DNA of 42,656 nucleotides from Bacteroidetes bacterium ADurb.BinA174 (GCA_002069095.1 MVZJ01000001.1:1-42656); one strand, 5' to 3'; positions 1 to 9,337 are shown, counted from the stretch's first letter. Notes: a model not told the origin generated them from the sequence alone. Made by a program: numbers and translations.

Positions 1-80
1 TTAAACAATTGACCGTAGAGCAAAGATATCAAATATCAGCTTTACTTCAAAGTGGGAGTACACAAAAACAGATTGTGTAG
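1..80 (+). pseudogene. IS30-family transposase N-terminal HTH fragment, truncated
   Basis: Frame 3 reads KQLTVEQRYQISALLQSGSTQKQIV-stop (TAG 78-80), resembling the IS30 N-terminus pattern (xLTxExRxxIxxLxxxGxS). The start lies outside the window. Confidence 0.65.
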
Positions 81-125
81 ATTCAACAGCACGACTTTTT
101 TAGTTAATATTTCTCGAAAAACTGT

Positions 126-133
126 TATCTTTG
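126..133 (+). promoter_or_regulatory. Bacteroidetes sigma-A -7 box (TATCTTTG) for mntP
   Basis: Matches TAnnTTTG, 21 nt before the GTG start. Confidence 0.6.
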
Positions 134-154
134 TTCGTTTTTTAAGAAATAGTT

Positions 155-742
155 GTGGATTTTATTTCAATATTGATCATTGCCATCGGACTCGCCATGG
201 ATTCGTTTGCTGTTTGTGTCGGTAAGGGGATGTGCAGGCAACGTTTTTATTTGTGGCGATCGTTTAAAATAGCCGTTGTCTTTGGAGTTTTTCAGGGTTT
301 GATGCCATTTGTGGGATATGCCCTTGGAATAGGTTTTGCATCGTGGATGCAGCATTTCGATCATTGGCTCGCATTTTTTATACTTACAGTCATCGGGATA
401 AAAATGATTTACGAAAGCATTCTCCCGAAATCTGATAGTAAATGTGAGGTTTGCGATTGCAAGGAAGATATTGTGATCGACTGGAAAAACGTAGCCATGC
501 TGGCTTTTGCCACAAGCATTGATGCAATGGCCACCGGACTGATCTTCGTTTCTTATCCGGGAACTATTTTAACCGCAATATTAACTATCGGGCTGATAAC
601 GCTTTTCTTCGCTTTTGGAGGAATATTTATCGGGGTGCGGTTTGGTAAGAGAATGCGGTTCAATATTGAAATGCTGGGCGGTATTATCCTGATTGGGATA
701 GGCGTTAAAATCCTGTTACAACACCTGTTAAACGGAGCGTGA
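155..742 (+). CDS. mntP: Manganese efflux pump MntP family
   Basis: LAMDSFAV and ATSIDAMA motifs, multiple TM segments. Confidence 0.9.
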   Translation: MDFISILIIAIGLAMDSFAVCVGKGMCRQRFYLWRSFKIAVVFGVFQGLMPFVGYALGIGFASWMQHFDHWLAFFILTVIGIKMIYESILPKSDSKCEVCDCKEDIVIDWKNVAMLAFATSIDAMATGLIFVSYPGTILTAILTIGLITLFFAFGGIFIGVRFGKRMRFNIEMLGGIILIGIGVKILLQHLLNGA

Positions 743-944
743 AATTGAATTTACATTTCTTTAATACCTTCAGCAACACCTGCGTCTGATTGTGTTCCGT
801 ATCTTTGGAATCATTAAGAAGTGTTATCGTTTTGCGTTACGAGTTTAACTGTTAACCAAATCACCAAGTATAAAAACAATATGTATGAATGTATATTTAC
901 ACTAATTTTACGTGATAATCAAAGGCAAAATTTGCTTTGTCATT

Positions 945-977
945 ACCCAAGGGCTGGCTTCGAGCCAGCCCTTGGGT
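945..977. repeat. Perfect 15-bp GC-rich hairpin, REP-like or terminator
   Basis: ACCCAAGGGCTGGCT-TCG-AGCCAGCCCTTGGGT. Confidence 0.7.
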
Positions 978-1184
978 TTAGATAATGATTAATTAAGAAC
1001 ACCCTTTATTTTTTACTGCGATAATAATGCGGGTTAACAAAGGGTAACTTGTATTAACTGCGAAAGAACTCCACCTCTTTCTTACATTTAAAGTTAAAAA
1101 GCTTTTTTATTATTCTTTTATCAGGAATATTTTTTACTTTTACAAAAAAAAAGAAAAATCAACACTAAAAAATCTGAAACGCTC

Positions 1185-2324
1185 ATGAAAATTCATGAAT
1201 ATCAGGCAAGAGAATTGTTAGCATCATACGGGCTACCGGTAGACAAAGCATATATTTGTCGTAATGTGGATGATGCAGTGCGGGCATACCATGAGTTGGA
1301 TGCTCCGTTAGTGGTTGTGAAAGCGCAGGTTCATACAGGAGGACGCGGGAAAGCGGGAGGTGTGAAGCTAGCCAAAGACGAAATAGAACTCCGGCAACAC
1401 GCTGCCAATATTTTAGGAATGGATATAAAGGGATTTATTGTGGACAGAGTTCTGGTAGTCAAAGCCGTAAACATTGCTTCGGAATACTATGTGAGTTACG
1501 TGATAGACCGTAAGTCGAAATCTACCATCCTGATGTTGAGCCGTGAAGGTGGAATGGATATTGAAGAAGTAGCGCATAACACACCCGAAAAAATACATAA
1601 AATAGTTATCGACCCTCTCATCGGCGTACCCGATTACCTGGCTCGCGAAGCGGCTTTTAAACTTTTCGACGACATTAAACAGGTTCGCGAAGCAACATCA
1701 ATTTTCCAGAAACTATACAAGCTTTTTGTTGATACCGATGCATCACTGGCAGAAATCAACCCGCTGGTGCTTACCGAAGAAGGCCAGATTAAAGCTATTG
1801 ATGCCAAAATGACTTTCGACGATAACGCTCTTTATCGTCATCCCAAAATTGCCGCCCTTTTCGAACCTACCGAGGAAGAAAAGAAAGAACAAAATGCTAA
1901 AAGCAAAGGATTTAGCTATGTACATCTGGGCGGAGCAATCGGATGCATGGTGAATGGCGCCGGACTGGCAATGGCAACGATGGACATGATAAAATTGTAC
2001 GGGGGAGAACCTGCCAACTTTCTCGATATCGGCGGAAGCTCTAACCCCACGAAGGTTATCGAAGCCATGAAACTTTTACTTAGTGACAAGAATGTTAAAG
2101 TCGTGTTAATCAATATTTTCGGAGGAATTACCCGTTGCGACGATGTGGCAAGAGGATTACTGGAGGCTTTCAATCAGATTAAAACCGATATACCCATTGT
2201 AATACGGTTGACCGGAACCAATGAAAAAGAAGGTCGCGAATTATTACAAGGCACTAAATTCCACTTAGCGGAAACCATGGGCGAAGCCGGCAGAAAAGCG
2301 GTAGAATTGGCTGTTAGCTATTAA
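1185..2324 (+). CDS. sucC: Succinyl-CoA synthetase beta subunit
   Basis: MKIHEYQ, GGRGKAGGV, NGAGLAMATMD, NIFGGITRCD. Confidence 0.97.
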   Translation: MKIHEYQARELLASYGLPVDKAYICRNVDDAVRAYHELDAPLVVVKAQVHTGGRGKAGGVKLAKDEIELRQHAANILGMDIKGFIVDRVLVVKAVNIASEYYVSYVIDRKSKSTILMLSREGGMDIEEVAHNTPEKIHKIVIDPLIGVPDYLAREAAFKLFDDIKQVREATSIFQKLYKLFVDTDASLAEINPLVLTEEGQIKAIDAKMTFDDNALYRHPKIAALFEPTEEEKKEQNAKSKGFSYVHLGGAIGCMVNGAGLAMATMDMIKLYGGEPANFLDIGGSSNPTKVIEAMKLLLSDKNVKVVLINIFGGITRCDDVARGLLEAFNQIKTDIPIVIRLTGTNEKEGRELLQGTKFHLAETMGEAGRKAVELAVSY

Positions 2325-2375
2325 CTGCCAGCTTATTGCATCCAAACTTATAACTCAAAACTCAAAACTAATCAA

Positions 2376-3242
2376 ATGAGCATTTTAATAGATAAAAATA
2401 CACGATTAATCGTTCAGGGAATTACAGGCCGCGACGGTGGATTTCATACGGTAAAAATGAAAGCTTACGGCACAAATATTGTTGGCGGAACATCGCCTGG
2501 CAAAGCAGGAGAAAACGTGGAAGGAATTCCGGTTTTCAACACCGTGCGCGATGCTATGGAAGAAACAGAGGCCAATACATCGGTTATTTTTGTTCCGGCT
2601 CCATTTGCCAAAGATGCTATGATGGAAGCTGCCGATGCGGGAGTAAAACTAATTATTTGTATTACCGAAGGTGTTCCTACACTCGATGTAGTGGAAGCTT
2701 ATCGTTACATAAAAATAAAAGGCGCCAATCTTATCGGCCCCAATTGTCCGGGATTGATTTCTCCCGATAAAAGTATGGTGGGCATTATGCCGACCATGAT
2801 TTTCAAACAAGGTTCAACCGGAGTAATCAGCCGAAGCGGAACACTTACCTACGAAGTAGTGTATAACCTCACCAGCAATGGCATGGGGCAATCCACAGCC
2901 GTGGGTGTGGGTGGAGACCCGATTGTGGGATTGTATTATCAGGAGTTGCTGGAAATGTTCCAAAACGATCCTGAAACCGACTCTATCGCTCTTATCGGCG
3001 AAATTGGCGGCGATGCCGAAGAACGTGCTGCAGAATACATCAAAAAACACGTAACTAAACCGGTTGCAGTTTTTATTGCCGGACAGCAGGCACCTCCCGG
3101 AAAACAAATGGGACACGCAGGAGCAATCATTTCCAGCGGTTCGGGAACCGCAGCTGAAAAAATAGCGGCTTTCGAAGCCGTAGGAGTTCCGGTAGCCAAA
3201 GAGCCAAGTCAAATCCCGGATTTGCTGAAGAGCAGGTTATAA
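2376..3242 (+). CDS. sucD: Succinyl-CoA synthetase alpha subunit
   Basis: VQGITG, GPNCPG, MGHAGA (phospho-His). Confidence 0.97.
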   Translation: MSILIDKNTRLIVQGITGRDGGFHTVKMKAYGTNIVGGTSPGKAGENVEGIPVFNTVRDAMEETEANTSVIFVPAPFAKDAMMEAADAGVKLIICITEGVPTLDVVEAYRYIKIKGANLIGPNCPGLISPDKSMVGIMPTMIFKQGSTGVISRSGTLTYEVVYNLTSNGMGQSTAVGVGGDPIVGLYYQELLEMFQNDPETDSIALIGEIGGDAEERAAEYIKKHVTKPVAVFIAGQQAPPGKQMGHAGAIISSGSGTAAEKIAAFEAVGVPVAKEPSQIPDLLKSRL

Positions 3243-3245
3243 AAT

Positions 3246-3271
3246 AAAAGCGAGTGAAAACTCGCTTTTTT
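3246..3271. terminator. Bidirectional intrinsic terminator between sucD and the convergent HU gene
   Basis: AAAAGCGAGT-GAAA-ACTCGCTTTTTT. Confidence 0.85.
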
Positions 3272-3273
3272 GC

Positions 3274-4281
3274 TTAAAACCGTTTCAATTCATTATCGCC
3301 CAGTGCTTTGGCCTTGGCAACGGATTGTGGATTTGATGCATTAATATCATATTCCGATAAATCGGGAATGATTAATTCTGTGCCCACAGAAACTATGTTG
3401 GGATTTTTTATTTTACTTTTGTTTTTCAAATAGATATATATCCAAAATTCACGGTTACCGAACTTTTCTTCCGCCAAAATACGCAACGTTTCCCCACCCG
3501 ATAATACAACTACTTCCGGTTCTTTACGTTGCGGTTCTTTTTCTTCTACCGGAATAATTTGCTGTGGAATATTTTCAATAACAGGTTGTTTTTCACCGAT
3601 TATTATCGGTTTTCTTCGTGTCTGCCATTGCACGAAAAAAAAAAGACTTGCCAACGCAATGGCAATACCTCCCAAAATAGGAATCCATACAGAGGGGATT
3701 TTAGAACGTTTTTGGGGTTTGGTTGGCACTGTTTTATCGGAACGGAATACGTGCTGATAAGAATCGGTTTCCAATGTGGGAGTTTCAGGTGAAACAACTT
3801 TTGTGTTTCCAACAGTTATTTTCGGTTCTGCGGCGAAAACTGCTTCTTCAATTTCCTCTATTTTTTCTGCAAATTCAATAGTTTGTTCAGATGAAGTTTC
3901 AATATCCTCATTTTCATTGGTTTCAATCTCTTCTTCTACCCCCTCAAAACTGACTCCTTCGTTCAACAAAATAGTTTCAAAATGAGAAAACGGTTTGTTT
4001 ACAAGTTCTTTAAGAGCCGTTGCCGGAGAAAAACTTAACCGGTTATGAGCAGGAATCTCGATCTTTTCGCCGGTATTTACATCAACACTTTCTCGAGCTT
4101 GAATAGGAGTAAGTTTGAATGTTCCAAAATCCTTAATTTTGACTACTTCGTCCTTGGCGAGAGTTTCTGTAATGATTTCGAACAACGATTTCAAAAAAAC
4201 TTCTGATTCGGAGTTAGAAATATTGGCTTGAACGGCCAGCAAATCGATTAAATCGGAGAGTGTAATTTTATTTTCCATCAT
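3274..4281 (-). CDS. HU-family protein with acidic linker, one TM helix and C-terminal LysM-like domain
   Basis: N-terminal VKIKDFGTF...VNTGEKIEIPA; TM WIPILGGIAIALASLFFFVQW; C-terminal GETLRILAEEKFG...IY..NK..IKNPN...G..L.IP. Confidence 0.85.
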   Translation of the reverse strand: MMENKITLSDLIDLLAVQANISNSESEVFLKSLFEIITETLAKDEVVKIKDFGTFKLTPIQARESVDVNTGEKIEIPAHNRLSFSPATALKELVNKPFSHFETILLNEGVSFEGVEEEIETNENEDIETSSEQTIEFAEKIEEIEEAVFAAEPKITVGNTKVVSPETPTLETDSYQHVFRSDKTVPTKPQKRSKIPSVWIPILGGIAIALASLFFFVQWQTRRKPIIIGEKQPVIENIPQQIIPVEEKEPQRKEPEVVVLSGGETLRILAEEKFGNREFWIYIYLKNKSKIKNPNIVSVGTELIIPDLSEYDINASNPQSVAKAKALGDNELKRF

Positions 4282-4561
4282 CTTCCAGTGTTTTCAATTG
4301 TTCTTTAATGCCCGAAGCAGGTTTAAAGGTCGCCACAATAGTTGGCGGAACCAGATACCTATCCTGCGTTTTAGGATTCACTGAGATACGTTCCGCTCTC
4401 TTTCTGGTTTCGAAAACTCCAAAGTTTTGAACGGAAATTTGAGCATTTTCTGCCAGTTTTTCATTTAGCACATTTACCGTCACATCCAATAAATCAGATA
4501 CTTTCGATTGGGTTAAATCGAGACGTTGTGCCATTTCAGAAATAAGTTCTTTGTGTGTCAT
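4268..4561 (-). CDS. HU family DNA-binding protein
   Basis: NFGVFETRKRAERISVNPKT...FKPA. Confidence 0.9.
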   Translation of the reverse strand: MTHKELISEMAQRLDLTQSKVSDLLDVTVNVLNEKLAENAQISVQNFGVFETRKRAERISVNPKTQDRYLVPPTIVATFKPASGIKEQLKTLEDDGK

Positions 4562-4612
4562 TTTATTGAGTTCAAAGTTTATCGTTTTAGACTATTTGCT
4601 ATCCACTCTTAA

Positions 4613-4683
4613 CGTTTTCGGGCTTTGCTTTCAGGCGAATTTAGGAGTACACGTCACCCCATCTAACGCAAAATCCGTTAGCA
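4613..4683 (-). other. attC-like recombination site, probably degenerate
   Basis: TGCTAAC GGATTTTGC ... GCAAAGCCC GAAAAC GTT, starting 4 nt after the ORF stop. Confidence 0.65.
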
Positions 4684-4687
4684 CAGA

Positions 4688-5242
4688 TTATTTTTCAATC
4701 TTTTTCAATAATTGTTCTGCTTTCTTTTTTGTTGAGTTCCTTTCCGATTTTGTCGCATTCTCTATAAATGTCATAAAGGATTGGTTGTTTTTTAAATCAG
4801 AAACAAAGGGTTTGATTGCTTCCAAAACTTTTCCTATCGCAATGTTTTTACACTCATTGGTTTCAAAATTATCATGAGAGACTGCTATTAATTCTTTGAT
4901 AATTTTTTCTTTAAAGTTGGGTTTGTTTTGGGAAATTAATCCAAGTGCAAAAATAGCATGATTACAAGTGATAAGCACGCCTCCGTGAAGCATTTTAATC
5001 AAGTCTGACATTAGACCGTCAATTCGATTGTCTTTATCTACTGCTGATAGATATCCAATTATATCAATTGCTGTCCACTTTAAAATATTGTTATCACTTG
5101 ACAGCAATTCAACCCAATAATCAAAGTGCTCATAAAGTAATTCAGGTTTTTCAGAACCGATTTTCAGTAATTCTTTCGCCAATCCATATTTTATTTTTGG
5201 ATTTTGAGAATTTAATTTAGCAAGGTCTGTCTTTGTAATCAT
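4688..5242 (-). CDS. Hypothetical alpha-helical (HEAT/ARM-like) protein, cassette cargo
   Basis: 184-aa AT-rich ORF with amphipathic repeats (LLSSDNNILKWTAIDIIGYL; ITCNHAIFALGLI); GGAGG 7 nt before the ATG. Confidence 0.75.
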   Translation of the reverse strand: MITKTDLAKLNSQNPKIKYGLAKELLKIGSEKPELLYEHFDYWVELLSSDNNILKWTAIDIIGYLSAVDKDNRIDGLMSDLIKMLHGGVLITCNHAIFALGLISQNKPNFKEKIIKELIAVSHDNFETNECKNIAIGKVLEAIKPFVSDLKNNQSFMTFIENATKSERNSTKKKAEQLLKKIEK

Positions 5243-5304
5243 TATTTACCCTCCAAATTTTACTTTTTTACTGTAGGTTATCTGACTTCAATAATGTATG
5301 CTAA

Positions 5305-6606
5305 CTATTGACTTTCCGCCACTTTTCCAATCAAATCGAAAGGCAGAGCCGATAAAATTTTCACGTTGTAAAATTCTCCGGTTTTCAACTGAGTTTGTTT
5401 TTCAATCAATACTTCACCGTCCACTTCGGGCGAATCAAATTCAGTACGCCCAATGTAATAATCGGCATCTTCTCTGTCGATAATCACTTTCATTGTTTTT
5501 CCAATTTTCAACTCATTAGTTTCTAGAGCAATGCTTTCCTGCACATCCATTAAAATATTCATCCTTTCCTGTTTCACATCCGCAGGGATATCATCAGTAT
5601 AGTTTTTATCGCAATACGTATCGTCTTCGTGTGAATATGGGAATGCGCCTAACCGCTCAAATCGGGTTTGTTTTACAAATTCGAGAAGTTCCTCAAAATC
5701 TTGTTCCGTTTCACCCGGGTGTCCAACCATCATGGTTGTACGCAGATGAATTCCGGGTACTTCTTCCCGAAATCGAGCAATCAGATCGATGGTTTGCTGT
5801 TTGGTAATATTCCGGCGCATTTTTTGCAACATGTTGTCGCTGATGTGTTGCAAAGCAATATCAAGATAATTACATACATTTTCGCGTTCGCGAATCACGC
5901 GCAGCAAATCGGTCGGAAAATGTGCTGGATAGGCGTAGTGCAGCCGAATCCAATCAACACCTTTAATATCGGCGATACGTTCAACTAACTCAGGTAATTT
6001 CATCTGCTTATATCGGTCAAGCCCGTAATAAGTAAGGTCTTGCGCAATAAACTGAAACTCACGCACACCTTGCTTAACCAAACGACGCACTTCTTCTTCT
6101 ATTTCGTCCATCGGGCGCGATTTATACTTGCCCGTCATAATGGGAATAGAACAATAAGAGCAAGTTCGATCGCATCCTTCGGATATTTTTACATAAGCGT
6201 AATGGGGAGGCGTGGAGAGCGAACGGTCAAACTCCAAGTCTTTGTAATACGATTTTCCTAAATCGGAAATCAGATTTTTCCAAGCAAATTTGCCATAAAA
6301 TTTATCTACTTCCGGGATTTCTACCTGCAATTCGTTCATGTAGCGTTCAGTCAAACATCCCATAACAAACAATTTTTTTAATTTGTTTGCCTTTTTAGCT
6401 TCGGCAAATTCCAGGATCATATTGATGGATTCTTCCTTGGCATCGCCAATAAAACCACAAGTGTTGATTACTGCTATATCACCCACAGGATCTGACGGAT
6501 CGTGTTCCACGGTGTATCCGTTGGCAACCAACTGCCGCATCAATAGTTCGGAATCAACCAGATTTTTGGAACAGCCAAGGGTTATGACGTCTATCCTGTT
6601 TTTCAT
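5305..6606 (-). CDS. rimO: Ribosomal protein S12 methylthiotransferase
   Basis: LGCSKNLVDSE, NTCGFI, CDRTCSYC, C-terminal TRAM domain (DSPEVDG). Confidence 0.96.
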   Translation of the reverse strand: MKNRIDVITLGCSKNLVDSELLMRQLVANGYTVEHDPSDPVGDIAVINTCGFIGDAKEESINMILEFAEAKKANKLKKLFVMGCLTERYMNELQVEIPEVDKFYGKFAWKNLISDLGKSYYKDLEFDRSLSTPPHYAYVKISEGCDRTCSYCSIPIMTGKYKSRPMDEIEEEVRRLVKQGVREFQFIAQDLTYYGLDRYKQMKLPELVERIADIKGVDWIRLHYAYPAHFPTDLLRVIRERENVCNYLDIALQHISDNMLQKMRRNITKQQTIDLIARFREEVPGIHLRTTMMVGHPGETEQDFEELLEFVKQTRFERLGAFPYSHEDDTYCDKNYTDDIPADVKQERMNILMDVQESIALETNELKIGKTMKVIIDREDADYYIGRTEFDSPEVDGEVLIEKQTQLKTGEFYNVKILSALPFDLIGKVAESQ

Positions 6607-6645
6607 TAAACCTCTAACTCCTAAAGGAGAATTTGAACAATTCAG

Positions 6646-7362
6646 TTAATTAATGTATTTTTCTAAAGGAAATTTCACGTAAGATTTATTATCAAAAGAA
6701 GTTTCTTCTCCTATTGTTTTTATACTTTCTTTTTCAATAAAAATAGTTTTATCATCTTTCCATCTTATATCATTCGCTCCCCAATCCATCAATAATTTAT
6801 ACCAAACAAGTTCAATTTCTTTTTCTTTTCCAACCTTGAATAACTGAATAGTATGGTAATCAGTCCAATTCATTTTATAACACACAAAATATTTTTTATT
6901 AGGCGAAAAAACTGGCTTACTAACTGTCCATGTTTCCTTTCCATTAAATTTATCGATAAAAAAAGAATAGGCATGCTCATCGCCACAAAGCCCACAAACT
7001 AACCATTGATTTATTTCATCGAACGATGCTCTGTAACAAAAAATTTCGTTCTCATCTATTTTATTAACAAGTTCTTTGACTTTTCCGTTTTGCAGTTGAA
7101 AACTTAAAACATCACCGTTTCTTTTCACTTTCGAATCGTCAATGTTGCTTTCCGTATTTTCATAGCAGTTGCAGAAAACATTTTCATTTTCTGCTATAGC
7201 AAAAAAGTCGTTTGCCGAAATTGTATCCAAAAAATAAATCGCGTTGTCTTTCAACGTATCTAAATCAAGCTCAGGAGAGCTATCTATCATTGATGAATTA
7301 GCTCTTTTGTTGCAACCAACAAAAACGAGAAGTACAAAAAATAATATTAGCAGTTTGTTCAT
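6646..7362 (-). CDS. Hypothetical lipoprotein
   Basis: Signal peptide with lipobox VFVGC; AT-rich; lies between ftsY and rimO. Confidence 0.75.
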   Translation of the reverse strand: MNKLLILFFVLLVFVGCNKRANSSMIDSSPELDLDTLKDNAIYFLDTISANDFFAIAENENVFCNCYENTESNIDDSKVKRNGDVLSFQLQNGKVKELVNKIDENEIFCYRASFDEINQWLVCGLCGDEHAYSFFIDKFNGKETWTVSKPVFSPNKKYFVCYKMNWTDYHTIQLFKVGKEKEIELVWYKLLMDWGANDIRWKDDKTIFIEKESIKTIGEETSFDNKSYVKFPLEKYIN

Positions 7363-7428
7363 TAAATTTTAAATTTTAACTATTTAACACTTCCGATCGG
7401 CCTCCAAACTCGAAACCCGTAACCCGCA

Positions 7429-8382
7429 TCATTCCCCAAACAACGAATCCACAAACTCTTTCCTACGGAAAACCTGCAAGTCTTCCATTCCCTCGCCCAA
7501 CCCGATATATTTCACGGGAATCTTAAACTGGTCGGAAATGCCGATAACTACACCGCCTTTAGCCGTTCCGTCTAACTTGGTTATTGCCAGAGCTGTAACT
7601 TCGGTTGCAGCAGTAAAATGTTTAGCTTGTTCAAAGGCGTTTTGTCCGGTGGAGCCGTCAAGTATTAAAAGAACTTCGTTCGGAGTATCGGGAATGACTT
7701 TGCTCATCACGTTTTTAATTTTGGTGAGTTCATTCATCAGGTTAATCTTGTTGTGCAAACGGCCGGCAGTATCGATAATTACTACATCGGCATTATTGGC
7801 TTTTGCCGAGTTCAGCGTATCAAAAGCCACCGATGCAGGATCGGCACCCATCTTTTGTTTCACCACGGGAACGCCTACGCGTTTTCCCCAGATATCTAAC
7901 TGCTCCACAGCCGCTGCACGGAAAGTATCGGCAGCACCGAGATATACCGATAATCCGTTTTGCTTGAACTGGTACGCCAGTTTCCCGATGGTAGTGGTCT
8001 TCCCCACTCCGTTTACTCCAACCACCATTATCACGTATGGTTTTTTATTTTCGGGAACGGCAAATTCGGCAATATCGTCCGATTTGTTCTCGGTAAGCAG
8101 TTCGGCTATTTCCTCACGAAGAATTCTCGTGAGTTCATCCGTACCCACGTATTTATCGCGCGCCACGCGTTCTTCAATGCGTTCAATTATTTTCAACGTA
8201 GTGTCAACACCCACATCGGAAGTTACTAATATTTCTTCCAGTTCATCAAGTATATCGTCGTCCACTCTCGATTTACCTGCAACGGCACGGGTTAACTTAG
8301 AGAAAATATTTTCCTTTGTTTTCTCCAATCCGTGGTCTAAAGTTTCTTTTTTTTTCTTCGAAAATACATCGAATAATCCCAT
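7429..8382 (-). CDS. ftsY: SRP receptor FtsY
   Basis: GVNGVGKTTT, DTFRAAA, DTAGR, TKLDGTAKGG. Confidence 0.97.
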   Translation of the reverse strand: MGLFDVFSKKKKETLDHGLEKTKENIFSKLTRAVAGKSRVDDDILDELEEILVTSDVGVDTTLKIIERIEERVARDKYVGTDELTRILREEIAELLTENKSDDIAEFAVPENKKPYVIMVVGVNGVGKTTTIGKLAYQFKQNGLSVYLGAADTFRAAAVEQLDIWGKRVGVPVVKQKMGADPASVAFDTLNSAKANNADVVIIDTAGRLHNKINLMNELTKIKNVMSKVIPDTPNEVLLILDGSTGQNAFEQAKHFTAATEVTALAITKLDGTAKGGVVIGISDQFKIPVKYIGLGEGMEDLQVFRRKEFVDSLFGE

Positions 8383-8594
8383 GAAGTATAATTATTTAAA
8401 CGATTATTTTGCTGTTAGTCTTTGGTGGCTATTGGCTCTGCATAAAACTAATAAACGCATTTTGGAATTTTTGAGTTTTTTAGAAATATAGACAATGCAA
8501 AACACAAAGCTCGTAATCTACCAATAAAAAAACTCTCACACACTTACCAACTACTAATAGCCAATCCACCTACAAATCTACAAAATACTAAATA

Positions 8595-8630
8595 AAAAAC
8601 TTCCCCACAAGTTCATGCAGGGAAGTTTTT
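8595..8630 (-). terminator. Intrinsic terminator after the rpmB-rpmG-DUF4295 unit
   Basis: AAAAACTTCCC...GGGAAGTTTTT inverted repeat. Confidence 0.7.
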
Positions 8631-8647
8631 ACATATTTTTAACGAAT

Positions 8648-8809
8648 TTATTTTTTAAAAAAATCTTGTACTTGATCGTTCGGAACCATTTCTTCTCTAA
8701 AAGAATAAGCTCCTGTTTTTTCAGACTTCACCATTTTAATTACTTTCGTGTGGCTACGTCCTGATGTTGAAGTTTTATCGCGGAATCCTGCAACTGCTTT
8801 CTTTGCCAT
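8648..8809 (-). CDS. DUF4295 family small protein (probable Bacteroidetes ribosomal protein bL38); missing from the ORF track
   Basis: Hand translation MAKKAVAGFRDKTSTSGRSHTKVIKMVKSEKTGAYSFREEMVPNDQVQDFFKK; conserved position after rpmG. Confidence 0.9.
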   Translation of the reverse strand: MAKKAVAGFRDKTSTSGRSHTKVIKMVKSEKTGAYSFREEMVPNDQVQDFFKK

Positions 8810-8824
8810 AATTTAGTCCTTTCT

Positions 8825-9013
8825 CTATTTAATTTCTTTATGAACGGTCATTCTCTTCAAGATTGGATTGTATTTCTTAATCTCCAATCTTTCGGTTGTA
8901 TTTTTTCTGTTCTTCGTAGTAATGTATCTCGAAGTCCCGGGCATTCCGCTTTCCTTATGTTCAGTGCATTCTAAAATGATCTGAATTCTATTTCCTTTTG
9001 CTTTTTTCGACAT
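8825..9013 (-). CDS. rpmG: 50S ribosomal protein L33
   Basis: [10 protein letters not shown]...[21 protein letters not shown]. Confidence 0.97.
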   Translation of the reverse strand: MSKKAKGNRIQIILECTEHKESGMPGTSRYITTKNRKNTTERLEIKKYNPILKRMTVHKEIK

Positions 9014-9035
9014 TGTTCTTTCCCTCCTAAAATAA

Positions 9036-9275
9036 TTAAGCGTTTAAATACCCTTTTTCAGCAGCTTGTTTCAAAGCGGCATCCAATCCTATTTTATTTA
9101 CGGTGCGTAAACCTGAAGCAGAAATATTCAGGCTAATCCAGCAATCTTCCTCAACCCAATAGAATTTCTTTTTAAACAAATTAACGTTGAATTTACGTTT
9201 TGTTTTTCTATTGGAGTGAGAAACGTTGTTCCCAACCATTGCTCTTTTTCCGGTTATTTGACAAATCTTAGACAT
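9036..9275 (-). CDS. rpmB: 50S ribosomal protein L28
   Basis: CQITGK...[15 protein letters not shown]. Confidence 0.97.
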   Translation of the reverse strand: MSKICQITGKRAMVGNNVSHSNRKTKRKFNVNLFKKKFYWVEEDCWISLNISASGLRTVNKIGLDAALKQAAEKGYLNA

Positions 9276-9337
9276 TGCTATAATTGTATTTTATTGATTT
9301 CTATGAATGTTCAGCTATTTTTCGACAAATCAGGGCG

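Larger units (their letters stand above)
4613..5304 (-). mobile_element. Solitary integron-type gene cassette (one ORF plus attC-like site)
   Basis: Minus strand: G|TTAGCA (5305-5299), ORF, TGCTAAC (4683-4677), imperfect palindrome, G|TTAAGA (4613). The core and inverse core are exact complements. Confidence 0.75.

Noticed and set aside
48-100. yybP-ykoY Mn riboswitch upstream of mntP (GGGAGTA...CACGACTT)
   Set aside because: Too short for the four-way junction, lies upstream of the -7 box, and is better explained as IS30 coding sequence.
881-985. 34-aa ORF MYECIF... running through the hairpin
   Set aside because: No recognisable homology; the 3' half is palindrome sequence.
6646-7390. Lipoprotein gene as a second integron cassette (GTTAAAT upstream, AATTAAC at the stop)
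   Set aside because: Core and inverse core are not exact complements and no attC-like palindrome follows.
7538-8491. 317-aa plus-strand ORF
   Set aside because: Antisense shadow of ftsY; the same applies to 32992-33633 (PhoH) and other overlapping ORFs.
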